From the NCBI GenBank assembly GCA_964468045.1, contig CAYXTO010000013.1:21392-85391 (forward strand): a stretch of 64,000 bases of DNA, given 5' to 3'. A program made the translations under genes and the position numbers. Every line of letters starts with the position of its first letter. Within the stretch, counting starts at the first letter, position 1. The DNA comes from an uncultured Caenibius sp. Its GTDB lineage: Bacteria; Pseudomonadota; Alphaproteobacteria; Sphingomonadales; Sphingomonadaceae. The notes beneath the pieces were generated by a model. That model saw only the letters and a list, made by a program, of their open reading frames with translations. It was not told the DNA's origin and searched no databases. Below are positions 1 to 7,243 of this stretch, piece by piece.

Positions 1-767
1 GCGTTCTTCTTGGCCTGCTCGAACATGTCGCGCACGCGGCTCGCGCCCACGCCCACGAACATCTCGACGAAATCCGAACCCGAGATGGTGAAGAACGGCA
101 CCCCGGCCTCACCCGCGATCGCGCGGGCCAGCAGGGTCTTGCCGGTGCCCGGGCTGCCGACCAGCAGCGCGCCCTTGGGGATCTGGCCGCCCAGCTTGGA
201 GAAGCGCTGCGGATCGCGCAGGAATTCGACGATCTCCTGCAATTCCTCGCGCGCTTCGTCGATCCCGGCCACATCATCGAAGGTGACCCGGCCCTGGCGT
301 TCGGTCAGCAACTTGGCCTTGGACTTGCCGAAGCCCATCGCGCCCGATCCGCCGCCCTTCTGCATCTGGCGCAGGGCGAAGAAGGCGACGCCGAGGATCA
401 GCAGGAACGGCAGCGACTGGACCAGGATATAGAGCAGAAGATTCGGCTCTTCCGCCTGGCGGCCGGCATATTTCACGCCATTGTCCTGCAGCAGCTTCGG
501 CAGTTCGATATCGTTGGGAATCGGCACGGTGGTGAAGGGCTGGTCGTTCTTCATCACGCCGGTGATGCGGTCGGTGCCGATCTGCACTTCCTTGACGCTG
601 CCTTCCGCGACCTTCTCGCGGAAATCCGAATAGCGCAGCTGCGTGCCGGCCGATGACGCCCCGGTGCCGAACGCGGACACCACGAACAGCAGGGCAAGGA
701 AGATTCCTCCCCAGATCAGAAGGCTCTTCATCCAGGGGTTGCCGCCCGGCGGCTGCTCGTCACGCAT
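1..767 (-). CDS. ftsH: ATP-dependent zinc metalloprotease FtsH, N-terminal part (3' end runs off the window)
   Basis: Absent from the ORF track because it is open at the window edge. Reverse-strand translation from the ATG at 765-767 gives [28 protein letters not shown]..., a second TM segment, then the AAA+ Walker A region [52 protein letters not shown], typical of FtsH. Confidence 0.9.
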   Translation of the reverse strand, partial: MRDEQPPGGNPWMKSLLIWGGIFLALLFVVSAFGTGASSAGTQLRYSDFREKVAEGSVKEVQIGTDRITGVMKNDQPFTTVPIPNDIELPKLLQDNGVKYAGRQAEEPNLLLYILVQSLPFLLILGVAFFALRQMQKGGGSGAMGFGKSKAKLLTERQGRVTFDDVAGIDEAREELQEIVEFLRDPQRFSKLGGQIPKGALLVGSPGTGKTLLARAIAGEAGVPFFTISGSDFVEMFVGVGASRVRDMFEQAKKN

Positions 768-897
768 GGTCCACTCGTTCCTTTCCCCCTGAATGTAGGG
801 CCGCAGGGATGAATGGCAAGCTAATGCAGGCTGGAACCTCCGCATTTTTGCCTCGATCGGGCGGGAAAGAGGCCCGGCCGGGGAATTCGTAAATAGG

Positions 898-925
898 TTG
901 ACATTCTTCCGGTGCCCCGTAATTT
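898..925 (+). promoter_or_regulatory. Candidate sigma70-like promoter (TTGACA, 16 nt, TAATTT) ahead of the membrane-protein operon
   Basis: Perfect -35 hexamer at 898-903 and an AT-rich -10-like hexamer at 920-925, in the 317-nt intergenic region between divergent ftsH and 1085-1807. Sequence match only. Confidence 0.3.
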
Positions 926-1084
926 GCGTAGGCTGTCAACGCGAAATTGCAGGGCCTCCTGTCTGTCGCATCATCGCGATCCGGAGGTTTTGCCAACAAG
1001 GACGGGCGCCCGGATGATGGCGAGAATCTGAAAGCGGGGCGGCTCAAGCCGAAAATGCGGCGGGCCGGCTGGAGGAGAGGGATT

Positions 1085-1807
1085 ATGGTTCAGCTTACCA
1101 CTGACAACAGCTACGGCACCTGGAAGTTCTGCGCCTGGAACGGCATGATTTTCATGGTGGTTTTCATGATCTTCTGGGGCGGCCTGGGTCATAACCTGCC
1201 CCCTTATGGCGGCGATCTGCCGGCCAGCACCATCGCGGATTATTTCCGTGACAATCGCAACATGGTGAGGCTGGGCATGGTCATCTCGATGACCTTCGCC
1301 GTCAGCTACGCGGTGTGGGGAATTTCCATCGGCAAGGTCATGGATCACATCCTTGGCCGGGATCACATCCTCACCAACCTGCAGGTCTGGGGCGCCGGAC
1401 TGACGGTGGTGCCCATCCTGGTTTCTTCCTCCTTCTGGCTGACGGGCGCCTATCGTCCGGAGGCACTGCCGGATGAAATCCTGCAGTTGATGTACGACAT
1501 GGCCTGGCTGCTGATCGACCTGGCCTATTCGGTCACCTCGGTACAGATGATCGCGCTCGGCTTCGGCTGCCTGCGCGACAAACGCGCCCAGCCCTTCTTC
1601 CCGAAATGGGTCTGCTGGTATTCCATCTGGGTCGGCTTCATGTTCGTCGCCGAATGCCTGATGCCGTTCTTCAAGTCCGGGGCCTTCTCCCGGCAGGGTG
1701 TCCTGAACTTCTGGATCGAGTTCGTGATCTTCTTCATCTACGCGCCAATCATCACCTGGTACCTGCTGAAGGCGATCAATCGCATCCAGCGCGGCGAAGG
1801 CGCCTGA
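1085..1807 (+). CDS. Integral membrane protein of unknown family (about 6 predicted TM helices)
   Basis: Internal ATG of ORF 947-1807, preceded by GGAGGAGAGGG at 1071-1081. The 240-aa product is rich in hydrophobic stretches (FMVVFMIFWGGLG, VISMTFAVSYAVWGI, GLTVVPILVSSSFWL, FWIEFVIFFIYAPIITWYLL). I recognise no catalytic motif. Confidence 0.7.
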   Translation: MVQLTTDNSYGTWKFCAWNGMIFMVVFMIFWGGLGHNLPPYGGDLPASTIADYFRDNRNMVRLGMVISMTFAVSYAVWGISIGKVMDHILGRDHILTNLQVWGAGLTVVPILVSSSFWLTGAYRPEALPDEILQLMYDMAWLLIDLAYSVTSVQMIALGFGCLRDKRAQPFFPKWVCWYSIWVGFMFVAECLMPFFKSGAFSRQGVLNFWIEFVIFFIYAPIITWYLLKAINRIQRGEGA

Positions 1808-1810
1808 TCC

Positions 1811-2446
1811 ATGATGGACACGGTCACGGCACCCCGGCCGGGGAAGAAAGCGCACGGCGGAACCGCCGGTCACACTACCGGTGGCGACGCGCGCTTCCCG
1901 GGCGACGAAGGCGTCTGGTTCTTCATCGTTGCGGATATGTGCATGTTCGCGGTGTTCTTCCTGCTGTTCATGGCCGGACAGGCGGAGGACCCGGACACCT
2001 ATCGCGAATCGCGGGCCCAGCTCGTTCCGGCGATCGGGCTGGTGAACACGCTGATCCTGGTTCTGAGCGGCTGGTTCATGGCCCGGGCCGTGAACGCCGC
2101 CCGGGCCGGGGAATGGCGAATCGCGCAACGCAGGATCATCCATGCCCTGCTGGTCGGTTCCTGCTTCGGGATGCTCAAGATCTACGAATATTCGACGAAG
2201 ATTTCGGCGGGCATCACCATCCAGACCAACGAGTTCTTCACATATTATTTCGCCTTCACCGGCATTCACTTCCTTCATTTCCTGATCGGCATCGGCGTGC
2301 TGCTGGTCTGCCTCGGCAAGATCAGGCAGGCCGACAATCCGCACCGGCTGAAATGGATCGAGAGCGCCGGCAATTACTGGCACATGGTCGACCTGCTCTG
2401 GATGATCCTGTTCCCGATGATCTATCTCGCGGGAGGATGGAAATGA
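1811..2446 (+). CDS. Heme-copper oxidase subunit III family protein (NorE/NirO-like, orphan)
   Basis: 211 aa with 5 TM-like segments. C-terminal YWHMVDLLWMILFPMIYL and FTGIHFLHFLIGIGVLL blocks are typical of the cytochrome c oxidase subunit 3 family. Starts 3 nt after the preceding gene. Confidence 0.8.
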   Translation: MMDTVTAPRPGKKAHGGTAGHTTGGDARFPGDEGVWFFIVADMCMFAVFFLLFMAGQAEDPDTYRESRAQLVPAIGLVNTLILVLSGWFMARAVNAARAGEWRIAQRRIIHALLVGSCFGMLKIYEYSTKISAGITIQTNEFFTYYFAFTGIHFLHFLIGIGVLLVCLGKIRQADNPHRLKWIESAGNYWHMVDLLWMILFPMIYLAGGWK

Positions 2447-2709
2447 CCCTCCGGATCAACGAGAACATCGCCCTCGTCCTGCTTGTCCTGCTTTCGCTCG
2501 GCAGCTTCGTCCTGGTCGAGGAGGACATCATGTCGCTCGCGGCCAGCCTTGCCGCTTTCGCCATCGGGCTGGTCAAGATAAACCTCGTGTTCGGCAGCTT
2601 CATGCATCTGGGCTGGCGACATCGCCCCTGGCGACAGGTACTCACTGTATGGCTGGCCGCAGTGGCGGTCATCCTTGCCACCGGGTTGGCAGTTCTTTCT
2701 TGGGAGTAG
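2443..2709 (+). CDS. Small two-TM membrane protein, prokaryotic oxidase subunit IV / NorF-like
   Basis: ATG at 2443 overlaps the upstream TGA (ATGA). The 88-aa product is MTLRINENIALVLLVLLSLGSFVLV...WRQVLTVWLAAVAVILATGLAVLSW. Size, two helices and its position after a subunit III homolog fit subunit IV-family proteins. Confidence 0.6.
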   Translation: MTLRINENIALVLLVLLSLGSFVLVEEDIMSLAASLAAFAIGLVKINLVFGSFMHLGWRHRPWRQVLTVWLAAVAVILATGLAVLSWE

Positions 2710-2713
2710 ATTG

Positions 2714-3658
2714 ATGTTTGACAATTCCGTTCTGGCCGAACCTGAAATGGCCATCGACCCGGCCCATGACGGCCGCCACGAACTGCCCAAGATCGCCATG
2801 GGGCGGGAATCCATCCCCTATATCGTGGTCCTGCCGGAGGAACGAATCGCCTTCTTCACCTACACCTGGGTCTCAGCCGACAGCAGGGCGGGTGCGGCCA
2901 TCGCGGTCTTCGGCCCCGGTGTCGGCGACAAGCCGATCCAGCAGCGCCTGCCGGACCGCCCGGTTCCCGCGGACATGGGTTTCGACAAGTGGGAAATCGA
3001 CGGGTTCCGGATGGAACAGGACCTGAAGTTCGACAAGGCGAAGATCCATTGGGAAACGCCGGAAGCGACGATCGATTTCACTTTCGAGGCGTTCCACCCG
3101 CCCTATGCCTATGCTTCCGACCCGCGCGGCTGCCCCAAATATTGCGCGACGGACCGGATCGAGCAGGCCGGCCGCGTCACCGGCACGCTGAAGCTGCCCG
3201 GCCGCACGATCGAGTTTGAAAGCACCGGGCACCGCGACCACAGCTGGGGCACGCGGGACTGGGTTCCCTTCCAGCAATATGAATGGTTCGTCGGCCAGAG
3301 CGGCACCGATATCGCGGTCCACTTCTGGCGCTTCCATGCGCTCGGCAAGGAGCATGTGCGCGGCTTCGTCTACAAGGACGGGCTGATGTCGCGGATCGAG
3401 ACGGTGGAGAATGACGTCGATTACGACGATCAGTACTGGCAGACCGGCTATCGCGCGCGCCTGGTCGACGCAGCCGGGCGGGAAACCACGGTGGAAACCG
3501 AGGTATTCGGTCATTACACGCTGCTGCCCGATCCGGTGGTGAGCCTGAACGAAAGCGGCGGGCGCGCCTTGATCGACGGCAAACCCGGTATAGGCTGGAT
3601 GGAATGCGCCTGGCCGACAGCCTATCTGGAACACATTCGCGCCCACGGCCCGTATTGA
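2714..3658 (+). CDS. Conserved hypothetical protein, unnamed family A, copy 1 of 3
   Basis: ATG at 2714 with GGGAG at 2702-2706. The 314-aa soluble-looking protein shares the blocks QAGRVTGTLKLPGRTIEFESTGHRDHSWGTRDW with the products of 34289-35248 and 57043-57981. Confidence 0.75.
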   Translation: MFDNSVLAEPEMAIDPAHDGRHELPKIAMGRESIPYIVVLPEERIAFFTYTWVSADSRAGAAIAVFGPGVGDKPIQQRLPDRPVPADMGFDKWEIDGFRMEQDLKFDKAKIHWETPEATIDFTFEAFHPPYAYASDPRGCPKYCATDRIEQAGRVTGTLKLPGRTIEFESTGHRDHSWGTRDWVPFQQYEWFVGQSGTDIAVHFWRFHALGKEHVRGFVYKDGLMSRIETVENDVDYDDQYWQTGYRARLVDAAGRETTVETEVFGHYTLLPDPVVSLNESGGRALIDGKPGIGWMECAWPTAYLEHIRAHGPY

Positions 3659-3720
3659 GACAGGGCCGGTTCAGCCCTATCGCTGGATGAGACCGAAGAG
3701 TACCTAAGGGAGATTGATTC

Positions 3721-4827
3721 ATGGAAGCCGTCGCCGCCGTTCTGGAGGAGCCTTCGGGCCCGTTCTCCATCGAAACCGTCGAAGTGGCCGCGCCCAAGGC
3801 GGGCGAAGTGCTGGTCGATATCAAGGCGGTCGGCATCTGCCATACCGATCTCGCCGCCGCGACCGGCGCCTTCGGCAATCCCTTCCCGGTGGTGCTGGGC
3901 CACGAGGGTGCGGGCGTGGTCGAAGCCGTCGGCGAAGGCGTCACCAACGTCAGGCCGGGCGACAAGGTGCTGCTGACCTTCAACAGCTGCGGCGAATGCA
4001 AGCGCTGCAAGTCCAACGATCCGGCCTACTGCCTCCAGTTCTTCCCGATGAACTTCGGCTGCGTCCACAGCGACGGCACGAACCGCCTCTCCAAGGACGG
4101 CGCCACGGTCTATGACAACTTCTTCGGCCAGTCGTCCTTCGCGGCCAAGGCGGTGGCCAATTCCCGCAACGTGCTGAAAGTGGCAGACGACGCCGATCTC
4201 GCCACGCTCGCGCCTCTCGGCTGCGGCATCCAGACCGGCGCCGGCGGCGTGATGCGCTCGCTCAGCGCGAAGCCGGGCGAATCGCTGGTGGTGATCGGCG
4301 GCGGCGCGGTGGGGCTTTCGGCCGTGATGGGCGGCAAGATCGCCGGATGCGATCCGATCATCCTCATCGAACCGCAGGCCGCCCGCCGCGAGGAAGGGCT
4401 GGCGCTGGGCGCCACCCATGCGATCGATCCCGCGGCACAGGCCAGCACGGCCGAAGCGGTTCGCGCCATCGTGCCGGAAGGCGTGGACATGGTGGTCGAC
4501 ACCAGCGGCTACCTGCCCGCGGTCGAGCAGGCCGTGAACATGGTCTGCACGCTGGGCCGGATCGGCCTGATCGGCGTGCCCGGCTCGCTCGATGCGGCCC
4601 TTCCCGTCCCGCTCGTCCAGTTCATCACCATGGGCGGTACGGTTCGCGGCATCATCGAGGGTGACAGCGACATCATCGGCTTCCTCCCCGAGTTGATCGC
4701 GCACCATGCCGCCGGCCGCCTGCCGGTGGACAGGATCATCTCACGCTATCCCTTCAGCGATATCAATCGGGCTATCGAGGACGGCCATCACGGCAAGTGC
4801 ATCAAGGCCGTGCTGACATTCGACTGA
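3721..4827 (+). CDS. Zinc-dependent alcohol dehydrogenase (MDR family, aryl/alkyl-alcohol dehydrogenase-like)
   Basis: GICHTDL and GHEGAGVVEAVGEGV catalytic-zinc motifs, CGECKRCKSNDPAYC structural-zinc loop, GGGAVGLSAV Rossmann motif. RBS AAGGGAG at 3706-3712. Confidence 0.9.
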   Translation: MEAVAAVLEEPSGPFSIETVEVAAPKAGEVLVDIKAVGICHTDLAAATGAFGNPFPVVLGHEGAGVVEAVGEGVTNVRPGDKVLLTFNSCGECKRCKSNDPAYCLQFFPMNFGCVHSDGTNRLSKDGATVYDNFFGQSSFAAKAVANSRNVLKVADDADLATLAPLGCGIQTGAGGVMRSLSAKPGESLVVIGGGAVGLSAVMGGKIAGCDPIILIEPQAARREEGLALGATHAIDPAAQASTAEAVRAIVPEGVDMVVDTSGYLPAVEQAVNMVCTLGRIGLIGVPGSLDAALPVPLVQFITMGGTVRGIIEGDSDIIGFLPELIAHHAAGRLPVDRIISRYPFSDINRAIEDGHHGKCIKAVLTFD

Positions 4828-4837
4828 GAGGACCGAG

Positions 4838-5626
4838 ATGACCAATCCAAGCATGCGACTTGAGCGCGACGGCGCGCTGGCGCGCATTACCTTCACCCAG
4901 GCCGAGCGCGGCAATCCGATCGACGGGGAATTCTGCAGCGCATTCGGCGATATTGCGGACGATATTTCGGAAGACCGTTCGGTCCGCGCGGTGCTGATCA
5001 CCGCCGAGGGCAAGAATTTCAGTTTTGGCGGGGACGTGCGCAAGTTCCAGGCGGCGAAGGATGACCTGCCGAAGCTGATCAAGGAATGGACCCGCGACCT
5101 GCATGTCGGCATTGCCCGCCTGCAGCGGATGGATGCCCCGATCGTCGCCGCGATCCAGGGCATCTGCACCGGGGGAATGACCGGCACGATCGCGGGCTCC
5201 GACATCGTCGTGATCGAACCGTCCACCAAGTTCGTCGCGGCCTATGCGGGTATCGGCTATTCCAACGACGCCAGTTCCTCGGTGATGTTCGCGCGGCGCA
5301 TGGGCATCGCCCGCGCCAAGCGGTTCCTGATCATGAACGAGATTCTCGATGCGGAGGCCGCCGTCGCGGCTGGCCTAGCCGACGAAATCGTCCCGGCGGA
5401 CAGCCTTCTCGCCAGGGCCGAGGAAATCGCGCAGCGGCTCGCCCAGGGGCCGACGCGCGCCTTCGGCGAAATCCGGCGGCTGCTCAATAGCGTGGGCGAC
5501 CAGCCGCTGGAAACGCAGCTCGAGCTGGAAGCGCAGGCGCTGGCTCGCATCGCCCGTACCGCCGACGCGCAGGAAGGGCTCACCGCTTTCGTCGAGAAGC
5601 GCAAACCGCAATTTCGGGGAGAGTGA
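4838..5626 (+). CDS. Enoyl-CoA hydratase/isomerase (crotonase) family protein
   Basis: 262 aa with a crotonase-fold pattern: LARITFTQAERGNPID, FSFGGDV oxyanion region, and C-terminal EGLTAFVEKRKPQF typical of the family. Confidence 0.9.
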   Translation: MTNPSMRLERDGALARITFTQAERGNPIDGEFCSAFGDIADDISEDRSVRAVLITAEGKNFSFGGDVRKFQAAKDDLPKLIKEWTRDLHVGIARLQRMDAPIVAAIQGICTGGMTGTIAGSDIVVIEPSTKFVAAYAGIGYSNDASSSVMFARRMGIARAKRFLIMNEILDAEAAVAAGLADEIVPADSLLARAEEIAQRLAQGPTRAFGEIRRLLNSVGDQPLETQLELEAQALARIARTADAQEGLTAFVEKRKPQFRGE

Positions 5627-5632
5627 TCGGAA

Positions 5633-7192
5633 ATGTGGCTGTATCCGGAAGTTCGCACTCTCGGGCAATTCATCGAATATCATGCCCGCAAGACGCCTGA
5701 TCGGCGCGCGCTGGTGTGGGGTGACCGCACGATTTCCTTCGCCGAATATGATCGCGCCGCCAATCGGGTTGCAAATGGGCTGATCGCGCGGGGGGTCGAG
5801 GCGGGCCATCGCGTGGGCTTCTTTGGCCTGAACAGCCCGGATTTCTATTTTGCGCTGACCGGCACCGCGAAGACCCGCGGCGCATTCACGGTGTTCAACT
5901 GGCGGCTGGCCGTACCCGAGCTGGTCCAGCTGATCCAGGACAGCCAGACCCGGCTGTGCATAGTCGAACGCGCGCTGGAGGATTTGTGGAACGAGGCGAT
6001 CGCTTCCTGCACAGGCGGGATCGAGACGATCTGGATCGACGAGACCACCACCCTGGAAACGATCTTCGCCGATCAGCCGGGGGAAAAGCCCGACATCTTC
6101 ATCAGCGAGGAAGATACCGCGATCCAGCTTTACACCTCCGGCACCACGGGGATTCCCAAGGGGGTGATGCTCAGCCACGGCGGCTTCAACCGCATGCGGC
6201 TGTGCGAGCATTTCGAGCCCACCTATCATTGGGAAGATGATGACATCTTCATCAATCCGCTTCCCAATTTCCATCTGCTGTCGATCGGCATCGCCTTTCA
6301 GTGCCTCTACAACGGCGTCGGGATCTCGATCGTGCGGCAGTTCAATCCCGCCACGGTGCTGGCGACGATCCAGCATGACAGGCCGACCCTGCTGACGCTG
6401 ACGCCCACGATGATCCAGATGCTGCTGGATCATCCGGATGCCCAGACCACGGATTTCTCGTCGCTGCGCCTGACCCTTTATGCGGGTTCGCCGATTTCGC
6501 TGGGGCTGATCAAGCGCGCCATCGAAATGATGCCTTGCAAGTTCATGCAGTTCTACGGCGCGACAGAGGCCAACGGCGCCTTTTCGATCCTGCGTCCGGA
6601 GGAGCATGACCTCAATGACGAGGCCAAGCTGCAAAGCTGCGGACGGCCCCTGCCGCTGATCGAATTCCGCATCGTGGATTCCGAAGGAAACGAAGTGCCC
6701 GATGGCGAACCCGGCGAATTGCTGGTCCGCGCGCCCGCCATTTTCATGGGCTACTGGAACCAGCCGGAAACCACCGCCAAGGTGATAGAAAGCGGCTGGT
6801 ATCACTCCGGCGATGTCGCCCGGCGCGATGCCGAGGGGCTGTATTATATCGTGGACCGGGTGAAGGACATGATCGTCTCGGGGGGCGAGAACATCTATTC
6901 CGCCGAAGTCGAGAATGTCATTTCCACTCACCCCCAGGTCGCGGCCGTGGCGGTGATCGGGGTGCCGGATGCGCGCTGGGGGGAAGCGGTCAAGGCCTGC
7001 GTGATCGCGAAGCCCGACCAGACGGTGGATGAAGCCGACATCCTGGCCTATGCGCGGGAGAAGCTCGCCGGCTACAAGGTGCCGAAGAGCGTCGATTTCT
7101 TCGAGAGCTTCCCGCTGGTGCCCAGCGGCAAGGTGTCCAAGAAGGATCTGCGCGCACCCTATTGGGAAGGCGTGGGCCGCTCCGTTTCCTGA
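5633..7192 (+). CDS. AMP-dependent acyl-CoA synthetase/ligase
   Basis: AMP-binding motif LYTSGTTGIPKGVMLSH, GYWNQPE, YHSGDVARRDAEGLYYIVDRVKDMIVSGGENIY, and C-terminal PSGKVSKKDLR. Confidence 0.9.
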   Translation: MWLYPEVRTLGQFIEYHARKTPDRRALVWGDRTISFAEYDRAANRVANGLIARGVEAGHRVGFFGLNSPDFYFALTGTAKTRGAFTVFNWRLAVPELVQLIQDSQTRLCIVERALEDLWNEAIASCTGGIETIWIDETTTLETIFADQPGEKPDIFISEEDTAIQLYTSGTTGIPKGVMLSHGGFNRMRLCEHFEPTYHWEDDDIFINPLPNFHLLSIGIAFQCLYNGVGISIVRQFNPATVLATIQHDRPTLLTLTPTMIQMLLDHPDAQTTDFSSLRLTLYAGSPISLGLIKRAIEMMPCKFMQFYGATEANGAFSILRPEEHDLNDEAKLQSCGRPLPLIEFRIVDSEGNEVPDGEPGELLVRAPAIFMGYWNQPETTAKVIESGWYHSGDVARRDAEGLYYIVDRVKDMIVSGGENIYSAEVENVISTHPQVAAVAVIGVPDARWGEAVKACVIAKPDQTVDEADILAYAREKLAGYKVPKSVDFFESFPLVPSGKVSKKDLRAPYWEGVGRSVS

Positions 7193-7203
7193 CGCGGTTG
7201 CGA

Positions 7204-7224
7204 CGAGGGCCTTGTCGGCCCTCG
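7204..7224. terminator. GC-rich hairpin between convergent genes (possible bidirectional terminator, no U-tract)
   Basis: CGAGGGCC (7204-7211), loop TTGTC, GGCCCTCG (7217-7224). Lies in the 51-nt gap between the stops of 5633-7192 (+) and 7244-9109 (-). Confidence 0.3.
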
Positions 7225-7243
7225 CCGCCTCCCCAGCCCGGGA

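Noticed and set aside
926-1084. The ~160-nt leader between the candidate promoter and the first membrane-protein gene, as a possible riboswitch.
   Set aside because: It contains a CCTCC...GGAGG hairpin, but I recognise no conserved riboswitch core (no B12 box, TPP, SAM, FMN or glycine signatures). The evidence is insufficient.
1811-2709. Interpreting the subunit III / IV family genes as part of a terminal oxidase operon.
   Set aside because: No subunit I or II genes flank them. The neighbours are an unknown membrane protein and catabolic enzymes.
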